DNA of 64,000 nt from Planococcus sp. (in: firmicutes) (GCA_035468565.1 DATISS010000181.1:8027-72026); one strand, 5' to 3'; numbered from the stretch's first letter, positions 28,562 to 38,176 are shown. Notes: generated by a model from the sequence alone, not told the origin. Numbers and translations: made by a program.

Positions 28562-29016
28562 TGGACATCCGGCTGCTCGGAAAAGAAGAGCCGTTGCCGG
28601 TTGAGCTATTGCTAGAAGCGGATCCTTCGGAAAAACTGATCCGTTCGTATTGCAGGGAAAGCCGCGTCTACACAGCGGAAAATGGCGATGGAGTTATCGG
28701 AGTGCTTGTCCTCTTTCCGCTGGATGCGGCAGTTGTCGAAATTAAAAACATTGCAGTTGCTAAAAGTGAGCGAGGCAGAGGGATTGGAAAGAAATTGATC
28801 TTCCTGGCTTTAGAGGAAGCCAAGCGCCTGGGGTTTTGCAAAGCTGTGATCGGCACTGGCAATTCGAGCCTTGGCCAGCTGGCGCTATACCAGAAATGCG
28901 GATTCCGCATGGTGTCAATTGACCGCGGATTTTTTCTGCGGAATTACCCGGAACCGATTGTCGAAAACGGCATACCATGTGAGGATATGGTCCGCCTGGA
29001 ATACGAATTTCTTTAA
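28561..29016 (+). CDS. GNAT family N-acetyltransferase
   Basis: EIKNIAV..RGRGIGKKL, GTGNSS, LYQKCGFR motifs. Confidence 0.88.
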   Translation: MDIRLLGKEEPLPVELLLEADPSEKLIRSYCRESRVYTAENGDGVIGVLVLFPLDAAVVEIKNIAVAKSERGRGIGKKLIFLALEEAKRLGFCKAVIGTGNSSLGQLALYQKCGFRMVSIDRGFFLRNYPEPIVENGIPCEDMVRLEYEFL

Positions 29017-29048
29017 AACCCTTCCGTCATGCGGAAGGGTTTCTTTTT
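29015..29048 (+). terminator. Rho-independent terminator
   Basis: AAAACCCTTCCG / CGGAAGGGTTTT. Confidence 0.75.
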
Positions 29049-29166
29049 ATGCGGCAAATTCGAGCGGTCTGTTTGCGCGGAAGGGTCCGATTATTTTCCG
29101 GAGTACTGATGTAAAAAGAGGAAAAATGGATCAACATTCGGTATGCTAATAGCAAGAGGTGATTTC

Positions 29167-30810
29167 ATGTTCAAGAAAGTGACCTTATATACAGAACGTT
29201 TAGAAGAAATGAAAGGGTTTTATGAATACCAGATGGGCTTCCGGATCGTAGCAGAAGACAGTGGCAGCTTCACCTTGGCAATCGGCAGCTCCACTTTGGT
29301 CTTTAAAGAATCAGAGCGGAAAGCCGTCTACCATTTTGCCTTCAATATTCCAGGCAATCAGTTTACGTTAGCCAAAAGCTGGGCAGCATCGCGGGTGACG
29401 CTGAACCGGCAGGAAGGAATGGATGAAGTTTATTACGCCAACTTCAATGCAGACGCCTTCTATTTCCAGGATCCTGCGGGCAATGTCGTTGAATTTATCG
29501 GTCGACGAAACGTTGACCGGATGGGCGACTTTACCATAGACTCTCTGCTCAACATCAGTGAAGTGAGCATCACGACGCCGTATGTTGAAAGAGTCGGGGA
29601 GCTGTTGGAGGGCATGGACATTCCCGTGCGCGGCAACAAGGGGATTGAAGCGAAAGCATTGAATTTTCTCGGGCAAGACGATGCTTTCCTCCTATTGGTG
29701 GCTCCGAAGCGTGTATGGTATTTTTCCAAGCAGAAGAGCGAGGTCTATCCATTGGCGATCGAGCTGGTGGATGGTCGCCAAATTGAAATTGACGAGGACG
29801 GGAATTTCCTTGAGACACGCCCGTCCAAGCCTGTTGAAGAAGAGCTTGAGAAAATGGGCTTTTCGGGTGTTATACTGCTGAAAAAAGAACAGCTTTGGAC
29901 GATTGCCAAAGGCTTTGCAGATCGCGCAAATGAAAGGCCGAATTCTTTGGGAACCCGTTTTGCCATCGCTTCCGGCTGCAAAATTTTCACAGCTGTTGTG
30001 ATATGCCAATTGGTTGAAGAAGGCAAGCTGGCTTTTGAAGACCGTCTATCGTCATTGCTGCCGGAAATTTTTTCCCGTTTCGATGTGACGCTGCATCAAT
30101 TGCTGACGCACACATCCGGAATTCCGGATTATTTCGATGAAGAACAAAGCGACAGCTTTGAAGGGCTTTGGAAAACGCATCCGATGTATTTGATGAAGTC
30201 TGCGTCAGATTTCGTGCCCCTTTTCCATAAAAAAGAAATGCTTTTTCAACCGGGCGAAAATTTCCACTACAACAATGCCGGATTTATCGCTCTGGGGCTG
30301 GTGGCTGAGAAAATAACGGGGCGGCCATTTACGGAAATTGTGGAGCAACGGATTTTCGGACCGGCAGGAATGACTGTCTCCGGGTATTTCAGCCTTGATT
30401 GCTTGCCTTCCGAAACCGCTTATGGCTATATCGATGAAGATGATTCATGGCGGACGAACCATTACTCAGTTCCGATTAAAGGCGGCCCGGATGGAGGAGC
30501 CTTCGTGACAGCGGGGGATATGGCCTTGTTCTGGGAATGTTTGATGGACGGGGCGCTGGTGTCCAGCGAAATGCTCGCAACGATGCTGAAGCCGCATGCC
30601 TCGGGCCGGAATAATGATTACGGCTACGGGGTCTGGATTTCACGCGGCATCGAGCAAAAATATTTTGTTACCGGAAGGGATCCAGGCGTCAGCTTCCATT
30701 CAGCCTATTACGCTGAAACTGGAGCAGTGCTTGCCGTGTTGTCCAATCACAGCCAAGATGCATACGAAGCGATGAAACTTGTTGAACGGTCATTGATTGA
30801 ACAAAAATGA
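29167..30810 (+). CDS. VOC/glyoxalase-like domain fused to a beta-lactamase-family serine hydrolase
   Basis: N-half YHFAFNIP and YFQDPAGNVVEFI; C-half SxxK (SGCK), LLTHTSG, YxN (YNN), GPDGG. Confidence 0.85.
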   Translation: MFKKVTLYTERLEEMKGFYEYQMGFRIVAEDSGSFTLAIGSSTLVFKESERKAVYHFAFNIPGNQFTLAKSWAASRVTLNRQEGMDEVYYANFNADAFYFQDPAGNVVEFIGRRNVDRMGDFTIDSLLNISEVSITTPYVERVGELLEGMDIPVRGNKGIEAKALNFLGQDDAFLLLVAPKRVWYFSKQKSEVYPLAIELVDGRQIEIDEDGNFLETRPSKPVEEELEKMGFSGVILLKKEQLWTIAKGFADRANERPNSLGTRFAIASGCKIFTAVVICQLVEEGKLAFEDRLSSLLPEIFSRFDVTLHQLLTHTSGIPDYFDEEQSDSFEGLWKTHPMYLMKSASDFVPLFHKKEMLFQPGENFHYNNAGFIALGLVAEKITGRPFTEIVEQRIFGPAGMTVSGYFSLDCLPSETAYGYIDEDDSWRTNHYSVPIKGGPDGGAFVTAGDMALFWECLMDGALVSSEMLATMLKPHASGRNNDYGYGVWISRGIEQKYFVTGRDPGVSFHSAYYAETGAVLAVLSNHSQDAYEAMKLVERSLIEQK

Positions 30811-30843
30811 AACTGGTTATTGAATCTAAAACGGGGTGAAGGC

Positions 30844-30951
30844 ATGGAAGGGAAAAAAATAGTGATTTTTATCGTTGGTGGAACGCTGCTTGCGATTATC
30901 TTGATTTTTTTAGGGTTTCAATTGTATTTTCAAATGAATCCGACACAATGA
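30844..30951 (+). CDS. 35-aa single-pass membrane peptide (not in the ORF track)
   Basis: MEGKKIVIFIVGGTLLAIILIFLGFQLYFQMNPTQ*; GGGGTG RBS; terminator directly after the stop. Confidence 0.65.
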   Translation: MEGKKIVIFIVGGTLLAIILIFLGFQLYFQMNPTQ

Positions 30952-30982
30952 AAAAAGCGCAGCCGAGGGGCTGCGCTTTTTT
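30951..30982. terminator. Bidirectional terminator
   Basis: AAAAAAGCGCAGCC / GGCTGCGCTTTTTT. Confidence 0.75.
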
Positions 30983-31037
30983 GGTGAACCAAAAAACAGG
31001 CTCTTCCGAAGAAGAACCTGAAATAGGTAGCTTAGAA

Positions 31038-31238
31038 TTAAGCTTTTTGTACGTTAGTAGCTTGAAGACCGCGTTGGCCTTGCTCGATGTCGAAAGTTAC
31101 TTCTTGACCTTCGTCAAGAGATTTAAATCCTTCGCTTTGGATAGCTGAGAAATGTACGAATACATCGTCTCCTCCGTCGCGTTCGATGAAGCCAAATCCT
31201 TTTTCTGAGTTAAACCATTTTACTTTACCTTGTTCCAT
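31038..31238 (-). CDS. Cold-shock protein (Csp family)
   Basis: [15 protein letters not shown] (RNP1) and VFVHFSAI (RNP2); 66 aa; GAGGAGG RBS. Confidence 0.96.
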   Translation of the reverse strand: MEQGKVKWFNSEKGFGFIERDGGDDVFVHFSAIQSEGFKSLDEGQEVTFDIEQGQRGLQATNVQKA

Positions 31239-31333
31239 GTGTGTTTCCTCCTCGTATGCGTAAGCATACATTGTATTACTATCCTTGCTCAAATCTTGCA
31301 GATGGACATCTGACACTTTGTAAAAAGTTATCC

Positions 31334-31347
31334 GAACAAAAATAATT
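31334..31347 (-). promoter_or_regulatory. Cold-shock box in the long csp 5' UTR
   Basis: Minus strand reads AATTATTTTTGTTC, matching the recalled Bacillus cspB/cspC cold box, about 100 nt upstream of the start. Confidence 0.65.
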
Positions 31348-31476
31348 CTTCCTAAGAATAACATGGGTTTTTACATATTGCAAGCCAAATGATGAAATTG
31401 TATAATCTATTCTTTAAGTCTGCACGGAAAACCGCGCAGAACGTGCGGTTAAGCGCGGAAAAAGGAGGGACGAAAG

Positions 31477-32010
31477 ATGAGAAGAATAATTGTTGCAGGT
31501 GTATCTGCGGGAGTCGGGAAGTCAACTTTTGCCGCAAAACTCAGAGAAATATTGGAGCTGCCTGTCCACCATCTGGACGCCTATCATTGGAAACGGGGCT
31601 GGAAAGAAGCGGACAAGGAAGAGTTCAAAGCAGCACAGCGCAATATCGTCAAAGGAGAGGAATGGATCATTGAAGGCAATTATTCTTCGACTTTTGATAT
31701 CCGAATGGCCCAGGCGGATACCTTCATTTATTTGGAATTGCCGCTAGTGATATGCCTGTACCGTGTCTTGAAGCGCTGGCTGACGAATATCGGCAAAACC
31801 CGGCCGGACATGGGAGAGGGATGCCCAGAAAAGATGGAATGGGAATTTATCAAGTTTATCGTGACGACCTATGCGGCGCGCAAAGTGAAGATGCGCAGCA
31901 GAATGCGCCATTTCCTTGAATCGCGTGATGGCAATAAGGTGATCTTGTTATCTGGCAAAAAAGAGATAGCGGGTTTTCTGAAAACGGTAGGGAAGGGTCC
32001 GGCCGTTTGA
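31477..32010 (+). CDS. Topology modulation protein (FlaR-like P-loop kinase)
   Basis: GVSAGVGKSTFA, HLDAYHW, WIIEGNYS and RPDMGEGCPE motifs. Confidence 0.85.
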   Translation: MRRIIVAGVSAGVGKSTFAAKLREILELPVHHLDAYHWKRGWKEADKEEFKAAQRNIVKGEEWIIEGNYSSTFDIRMAQADTFIYLELPLVICLYRVLKRWLTNIGKTRPDMGEGCPEKMEWEFIKFIVTTYAARKVKMRSRMRHFLESRDGNKVILLSGKKEIAGFLKTVGKGPAV

Positions 32011-32074
32011 AAAAAGGCAAGATGATTTTTCAGGGACGTGCTATTCTAAAGGTATAAATTAGACGATTAGGAGA

Positions 32075-32794
32075 ATGGCCATGACGCATCTATATGAAGG
32101 GACCATCGTAAACCAGCAATTGCATGAAAAGCAGCCAATGTATATGAAGCGGCTGTACTTGGAGGACTTGCCAATCATCGAACAAGTCCAGCAGAAGGTC
32201 ATTGACTCGCTGCCGGATAAAGCGGTGCTGCAGCCATTGACGACAGAAGAATTCCTCTTCATATTGAATGAACGCGGGCTGCTGGTCGGGGCATTCGCCG
32301 GAGAGCAATTGATCGGCTTCAGGGCGCTGCTCATCCCGGAGATCGACGAAGAGCATCTAGGCTACGACCTCGAGCTTCCGGCGGAAGAACTGCCGCATGT
32401 CATTTATCAGGAAATTTCAGTAGTGCTGCCCGAATACCGCGGCAATAGGCTCCAGCAGAAATTGGCGGAAGTGATCATGGAAGAACTACCGAATCTGGAA
32501 GAGCAGTTCCGTTATGTCTGCTGCACCGTGGCCCCGATGAATATTCCCAGCTTGAAAGATAAATTCTCCCAGCACATGCACATTGGCGCCTTTAAAGAGA
32601 AATATGAAGGGATGCAGCGCTACATCATGGTCAAGGACTTGGAAAACCCTGCCCCTAAATACACGGACCATAAGGCTGCCAAGATCGACGACCTCGAGAC
32701 GCAGAAGCTGTTGCTCGAAGAAGGCTATGCAGGAATCGGCTTCCTGGTCACCAAAGGCTATTATGAAATTCAATTTGCAAAACCTGTTCGCTGA
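32075..32794 (+). CDS. GNAT-fold protein
   Basis: SVVLPEYRGNRLQQKL motif A variant; CTVAPMNIPS. Confidence 0.8.
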   Translation: MAMTHLYEGTIVNQQLHEKQPMYMKRLYLEDLPIIEQVQQKVIDSLPDKAVLQPLTTEEFLFILNERGLLVGAFAGEQLIGFRALLIPEIDEEHLGYDLELPAEELPHVIYQEISVVLPEYRGNRLQQKLAEVIMEELPNLEEQFRYVCCTVAPMNIPSLKDKFSQHMHIGAFKEKYEGMQRYIMVKDLENPAPKYTDHKAAKIDDLETQKLLLEEGYAGIGFLVTKGYYEIQFAKPVR

Positions 32795-32797
32795 TAC

Positions 32798-32838
32798 AAA
32801 GCCGGCAAAAAGCGATAACGCTTTTTTGCTGGCTTTTT
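32798..32838 (+). terminator. Rho-independent terminator
   Basis: AAAGCCGGCAAAAAGCG / CGCTTTTTTGCTGGCTTT. Confidence 0.7.
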
Positions 32839-33016
32839 AATGGGTATTTTTATAATTTTTTCTGAATAAAATTGATTAAGACTATGGAATCACAAATAAT
32901 TATAGAAGTAGGGATGAAACGGTTTGCGGTAAGGTAGGGAAATGATAGAATAATGTCATGACTATATTTGGAGGGAATTTCAAAAAACGCATTAATTCTA
33001 GACTAAGAGGTGTCCA

Positions 33017-34507
33017 ATGAATATACAATTCGACCATATTCCGGAGTTTTCAATCATTGATCAGTTTGGACCTGAAAAGCAGGAGATCAGCTCGATTGTC
33101 TATAATTCCGCAGATGCGACAGAGCGCGCGGCATTCTTTTGCGTGACTGGAGAAAATACAGACGGCCATCTTTACATCCCAGAGGCGCTGGAAAAAGGGG
33201 CGTCGGCGATTATCGGCTCCGATTTGGCAGCGTTGTCAAAATACGTTCCGCTTTATCCGGACATTTCGTTTGTTGTAGTGGCAGATGTTCGCCATGCGCT
33301 TGCCCATGCGTCAATCTTTTTTCACGAAAGATCCCAAGACCGGCTGATCAAAATCGGAGTCACTGGCACGAACGGGAAAACCACAACAGCCACATATGTC
33401 TATAATCTATTTAATCTGCTTGGGATAGCTTGCGGTTTCATCGGCACGACAGGCATCTTTAATTCCGATGGAAAATTTCCGTATAAAAAAAGCACTCCGA
33501 CTACACCGATTTCTTCAGATATCCACCAGATTTTTTCACAATTGGCGTCTCACGGCGACCAAGCAGTTTCGATGGAAGTTTCGTCAATTGCACTGGATCA
33601 AAAGCGTGTAGAAGGCATCAGTTTCGATGTGGCTATCCATACCAACATTTCGGAAGAGCATTTGGAATACCACAAGACATTCGAACATTACCTGAAAAGC
33701 AAATTGTTGCTGTTCAGCCAAGCGAAAAACGCCGTCATCAATTTGGATGATGAAGGGATGGCGCAGGATATTTTAGCTGTGGTCGATTATCCAGGCCTAA
33801 CTTACAGCCATTTTGAAGATTCCGGTGCGGATCTGATTTGGACGAACCTGGAAGGCGCGGGAATGGGAATGCGCTTCGACCTTCTTTACAAAGGACAGGT
33901 CTTTGACGTGAAGGTGCCGTTATTCGGCGAATACAATGCCGCCAATTTGGCGGCTGCTATCGGTGCGGCCCTGTTATCCGGCGCTTCAATGGAAAAAATT
34001 ATCTCAGTGTTGCCAAGAATGCCTCAGGTGGAAGGCAGATTCCAGATGATTGCGGGCCCAGAAGGCCGAAAAATCATTTTGGATTATGCGCATACACCAG
34101 TCGCGCTCGACTTGGTCATGCGCGAAGTGAAAAAGCTGCCGCATAAGCGCTTGATTACGCTTATAGCAGGTATCGGCATCCGCGATTTCGCGAAAATGCC
34201 GAAAATGGCGAAAGCTGCGGAAGGCAAGGCGGATGTCATCATCGTCACTGTCGACCATCCCGACTTCAATAATCCAGACGATGTCGTCAATGAAGTGCTG
34301 AAAGGCTTCACTGTCCCGTATAAACAGCAAGTAGTAACGGTGCCTACGCGCCGCGAAGCGGTTGTGGCCGCTTTGCGTGAGAGCGGTCCGGATGATATCA
34401 TTCTCTTGTCGAGCGGCTGCATCAACGGAGCCCAGAAGATACGCGGGGAATTTGTGCCGCATTCGGATGAAGAGATTATCGAAGATTATTTCCAAGGGCT
34501 TAAATAG
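33017..34507 (+). CDS. murE: MurE-family Mur ligase with an atypical specificity motif
   Basis: GVTGTNGKTT, MEVSS, TNISEEHLEYH, GEYNAANL and DYAHTP motifs; DHPD occupies the DNPR position. Confidence 0.82.
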   Translation: MNIQFDHIPEFSIIDQFGPEKQEISSIVYNSADATERAAFFCVTGENTDGHLYIPEALEKGASAIIGSDLAALSKYVPLYPDISFVVVADVRHALAHASIFFHERSQDRLIKIGVTGTNGKTTTATYVYNLFNLLGIACGFIGTTGIFNSDGKFPYKKSTPTTPISSDIHQIFSQLASHGDQAVSMEVSSIALDQKRVEGISFDVAIHTNISEEHLEYHKTFEHYLKSKLLLFSQAKNAVINLDDEGMAQDILAVVDYPGLTYSHFEDSGADLIWTNLEGAGMGMRFDLLYKGQVFDVKVPLFGEYNAANLAAAIGAALLSGASMEKIISVLPRMPQVEGRFQMIAGPEGRKIILDYAHTPVALDLVMREVKKLPHKRLITLIAGIGIRDFAKMPKMAKAAEGKADVIIVTVDHPDFNNPDDVVNEVLKGFTVPYKQQVVTVPTRREAVVAALRESGPDDIILLSSGCINGAQKIRGEFVPHSDEEIIEDYFQGLK

Positions 34508-34600
34508 CGTGTTTCGCGGCAGAAAATCACTTTTTTCCGCCACCTTGTGTTTATAATAGAAGAGAAGCTTTACATACGACTACGAATTGGAGTGAATGGA

Positions 34601-35983
34601 ATGCAATATCGTACAGAGAAAGACACGATTGGTGAAATTCAAGTAGAAGCGGACAAAATGTGGGGAGCTCAGACTCAGCGCAGCGTTCAAAACTTTGCGA
34701 TCGGCACAGAGCGTATGCCGCATGAAGTCGTTATGGCCTTTGCGGAATTGAAAAAAGCTGCTGCCAAAGCAAACCATAAATTGGGTAAACTTTCTGAAGC
34801 GAAGATGCAAGCGGTCGGCGCAGCGGCGGATGAAGTAATTGCAGGGAAATGGGACGACCATTTCCCTCTCGTTGTATGGCAGACAGGAAGCGGTACACAA
34901 TCCAATATGAACATGAACGAAGTATTGGCACGCCGTGGAAACGAAATCTTGGCTGAACAATCTTCAGAGGAAAAACTCCATCCGAACGATGATGTGAACA
35001 TGTCACAGAGCTCGAATGATACTTATCCGACAGCGATGCACGTAGCGGGTGTTTTGGCAGTAACAGAAAACCTGATTCCGGCTATCCAGAAATTGAAGTC
35101 GACGCTTGACGAGAAAGCGCAGCAATTCAACGATGTTATCAAAATCGGCCGTACACATCTGCAAGATGCTACGCCATTGACATTAGGCCAGGAAATCAGC
35201 GGCTGGAGACATATGCTTGAAAAGAGCGAACGCATGGTGCGCGAAAGCGTTGAATATATGCGTGAGCTCGCAATCGGAGGAACGGCTGTAGGGACCGGCA
35301 TCAACGCGGATCCAACATTCGGCCCGTCGGTCGCTGACTTCATCAGCGAGTCTGTTGGTACACAATTCGTTTCCGCAGAAAACAAATTCCATGCGTTGAC
35401 GAGCCATGATGAAATGGTTTATACGCACGGCGCTATCAAAGCGCTTGCGGCTGACGCAATGAAAATCGCGAACGATATCCGTTGGCTTGCCAGCGGACCG
35501 CGCAGCGGCATCGGCGAAATCACAATCCCGGCCAACGAGCCTGGAAGTTCGATCATGCCAGGAAAAGTCAACCCGACGCAAAGCGAAGCTTTGACAATGG
35601 TAGCGGCGCAAGTAATGGGCAATGATGCAACAATCGGCTTCTCTGCAAGCCAAGGGAATTTTGAATTGAACGTTTTCAAACCGGTTATCGCTTATAACTT
35701 CCTGCAGTCTGTGCGCTTGTTGGCAGACAGCTTGATCAGCTTCAACGATCATTGCGCAGTTGGCATCGAGGCGAACCTGGATGTGATCCAGAACCACGTA
35801 AGCAACTCCTTGATGCTGGTAACGGCATTGAATCCGCATATCGGCTATGAAAAAGCTGCTGCAATCGCGAAGCAAGCTCATAACGATGGATCGACATTAA
35901 AAGAATCTGCAGTGAAAAGCGGCCATTTGACGGCTGACCAATTCGACGAATGGGTCCGACCGGAGAACATGGTTGGAAACTGA
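34601..35983 (+). CDS. fumC: Class II fumarate hydratase
   Basis: [21 protein letters not shown] and [13 protein letters not shown] signature. Confidence 0.96.
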   Translation: MQYRTEKDTIGEIQVEADKMWGAQTQRSVQNFAIGTERMPHEVVMAFAELKKAAAKANHKLGKLSEAKMQAVGAAADEVIAGKWDDHFPLVVWQTGSGTQSNMNMNEVLARRGNEILAEQSSEEKLHPNDDVNMSQSSNDTYPTAMHVAGVLAVTENLIPAIQKLKSTLDEKAQQFNDVIKIGRTHLQDATPLTLGQEISGWRHMLEKSERMVRESVEYMRELAIGGTAVGTGINADPTFGPSVADFISESVGTQFVSAENKFHALTSHDEMVYTHGAIKALAADAMKIANDIRWLASGPRSGIGEITIPANEPGSSIMPGKVNPTQSEALTMVAAQVMGNDATIGFSASQGNFELNVFKPVIAYNFLQSVRLLADSLISFNDHCAVGIEANLDVIQNHVSNSLMLVTALNPHIGYEKAAAIAKQAHNDGSTLKESAVKSGHLTADQFDEWVRPENMVGN

Positions 35984-35992
35984 ATATAAAAG

Positions 35993-36026
35993 AAAGGGCT
36001 GTCGAGGTATCTTCGATAGCCTTTTT
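35993..36026 (+). terminator. Rho-independent terminator
   Basis: AAAGGGCTGTCGA / TCGATAGCCCTTT plus T run. Confidence 0.7.
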
Positions 36027-36051
36027 CATTTGTTAAGGTGATTTGGGTGAT

Positions 36052-36250
36052 GATATTCCGCAAAACAGCTACGCTTGCCGCGGGCGAGCGCCAAGCCTCC
36101 TCAGCTCGCTATCGCGTGCTTGCGGGGTCTCGGCTGTCTCGCTTTCCCGCAGGCAAGTATTGGCCAAACATCATTTGGCCAATACTTTGCGACGAAGCAG
36201 CGAAGCGCTGCAGGAGCAGTAAGGTTTTCTCCGCTGTTTTGCTCCATATC
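36052..36250. mobile_element. About 200-bp MITE/REP-like element with imperfect 18-bp terminal inverted repeats
   Basis: GATATTCCGCAAAACAGC (36052-36069) vs GCTGTTTTGCTCCATATC (36233-36250), 15/18 complementary; interior GCCTCCTC..GCGGGGTCTC..CCCGCAGG is typical of Bacillaceae intergenic repeats. Confidence 0.6.
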
Positions 36251-36335
36251 TGGAGACTTTAAACAAAGTACAGAAACTTCTATCTTTCATGTTCTTTAAT
36301 AAGAGAAATGACTCGCTATTAAGAAAAACCTTTGA

Positions 36336-36397
36336 ATGAAGCGGAAGGCGGCGACTCCAGCCAGGCCCGCGGAAAGCGTCCGCCTGAAGCGCAGTGA
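36336..36397. repeat. Internally deleted Bacillaceae-type intergenic repeat
   Basis: GCGGAAGGCGGCGACTCC joined almost directly to CCCGCGGAAAGCGTCCGCCTGAAGCG. Confidence 0.55.
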
Positions 36398-36512
36398 AAA
36401 GGAAATAAGTAGCATCTTAATAGTCTCAAAGCAGAGCTTCCCGCGCAGGGTTTTATTCGGCGGGCGTCGAAGTAGGTAGCGGAAAGAACAAACAGAACAA
36501 AAGAGGTGCATT

Positions 36513-37175
36513 ATGCAAAAAACATTTATGATGTCGTGGAGCGGCGGGAAAGATTCCGCCTTGGCGTATTACCGGGCGGTGGTGGCCGGCAATGTGCCGA
36601 TGGCGCTGTTTACGATGTTTGAACCGGATGGGTTGCGGTCGCGGTCGCATGGCCTGCCGCTGGAAGTTATGGAAGCGCAGGCTGAACGGATGGGATTGCC
36701 GCTTGTCACCGGCAGAGCCGATTGGCCCGGATACGAAGAGGAGTTCGTTCGGCAGTTAAAAAGCTTTAAGGCCCAAGGAATGGATATGGTCGTCTACGGC
36801 GATATCGATTTGGAAGACCATTTGCAGTGGGTGCTGAAAGTAAGTGCGGAAGCAGATATGGAAGCCAGCCATCCGCTGTGGCAGGAGCCCCGCAAGGATT
36901 TGCTGCTGGAACTTGTGAAAGCAGGTTTCAAAGCGGTCATTACAGTGGTCGATACGACAAGGATGGATGCTATGTTTCTCGGGCGGCAATTCACGGAAGA
37001 ACTGATTGAGGAACTCGAAGCGATCGGCATCGATCCTTGCGGTGAGGAAGGCGAATTTCATACAGTGGTCATTGACGGGCCGATTTTCGTCGAGGCGGTG
37101 CCGGTGGAATTCGGCGATAAAGTGATAAACGGAAACTACCATATGCTCGATGTAAAACTTCAAACCAAGGAGTGA
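36513..37175 (+). CDS. Dph6-related (MJ0570-like) ATP pyrophosphatase
   Basis: PP-loop SWSGGKDS, SRSHG, YGDIDL and DPCGEEGEFHTVVIDGPIF motifs. Confidence 0.88.
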   Translation: MQKTFMMSWSGGKDSALAYYRAVVAGNVPMALFTMFEPDGLRSRSHGLPLEVMEAQAERMGLPLVTGRADWPGYEEEFVRQLKSFKAQGMDMVVYGDIDLEDHLQWVLKVSAEADMEASHPLWQEPRKDLLLELVKAGFKAVITVVDTTRMDAMFLGRQFTEELIEELEAIGIDPCGEEGEFHTVVIDGPIFVEAVPVEFGDKVINGNYHMLDVKLQTKE

Positions 37176-37180
37176 GTGCA

Positions 37181-38176
37181 ATGATTCAGTTTATGGGAAT
37201 GGAAGAAAAGCATATCCGCCAAATGTCTGCGCTGTTGGCTAAAAGGCAGGAGCGCGAACGCAAAGCTTTTCCTTATCTGCCTGCACGTTTTGAAGAGATC
37301 GATGAAGCGGAAGGCGTGATTCGCAAAATGCTGGAACGGCCTTATGTCGGAGGCATCGTCGCGGTCCGCGGCATCGATGTCATCGGGTATCTGCTTTATG
37401 AATTCAAGGAAAACGCTGAACGCGGGCGTTACGTCTGGATGGGCTACGAATCGATTGCGGTCAGTGAAAACGAACACCCGCGGCTGGTGCGGCTGCTCTA
37501 TGCTGATGCGGGAGCGGAATGGGTGAAGTATGGATATTTCCATCATGCACTGATGGTGCCGCTTGGTGAACAAAAATTGTTGAACGAATGGCTCGACCAG
37601 TCGTTCCATTTTGAACAGAAATACGCGCTGCTGCCTTTGGAAAAATACGAGCCGAAAGAAGTGGCACCCCAACCGCCGCTGAAAATCCGGCGCGGTACCC
37701 GGGAGGATGTACAGCTGTATAAGAAGATGGCTTTGTGGAACAGCATCCACCAAACAGCTGCACCTTCATGGAACCCTATTACAAAAGAAACAATGGAAGA
37801 CGTGAAAAAGGGCTATGAAGAACTCTCGAAAGAAGAGAGTTCCTATGTCTGGATTGCTGAACAGGGAGAGCAGGTTGCAGGATTCCATGTTTATTATAAA
37901 GACGGAGATCCGTTTAATCTGGTGATTCCTGAAAAATGCATTGAGCTGCCGGCGGCATCGACCAACCCTGATTTGCGGGGGCGTGGAGTCGGCAGGACGA
38001 TGGCCGACCATTGTTTTGCGGCATTGCAGAAAGATGGCTTTGAATATATTTTCGCCGACTGGCGCACGGCCAATCACTTGGCTTCTTATTTCTGGCCGCG
38101 TCTTGGGTTCGAGCCGGTCATGGTGCGCATGTCGCGCCAAATCGACCCGCGCATTGCCTGGGCCCATGGCCGGTGA
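37181..38176 (+). CDS. Tandem-GNAT protein
   Basis: C-terminal motif A TNPDLRGRGVG, ADWRTANHLASYFWPRLGF; starts 5 nt after the upstream stop. Confidence 0.8.
   Translation: MIQFMGMEEKHIRQMSALLAKRQERERKAFPYLPARFEEIDEAEGVIRKMLERPYVGGIVAVRGIDVIGYLLYEFKENAERGRYVWMGYESIAVSENEHPRLVRLLYADAGAEWVKYGYFHHALMVPLGEQKLLNEWLDQSFHFEQKYALLPLEKYEPKEVAPQPPLKIRRGTREDVQLYKKMALWNSIHQTAAPSWNPITKETMEDVKKGYEELSKEESSYVWIAEQGEQVAGFHVYYKDGDPFNLVIPEKCIELPAASTNPDLRGRGVGRTMADHCFAALQKDGFEYIFADWRTANHLASYFWPRLGFEPVMVRMSRQIDPRIAWAHGR

Noticed and set aside
35183-35881. 232-aa antisense ORF within fumC
   Set aside because: Codon-bias shadow of a highly conserved gene.
36400-36512. Possible cobalamin riboswitch ahead of the Dph6-like gene
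   Set aside because: The B12-box and GGGAA..GGTG.AA.TCC core are absent; only a weak hairpin is present.
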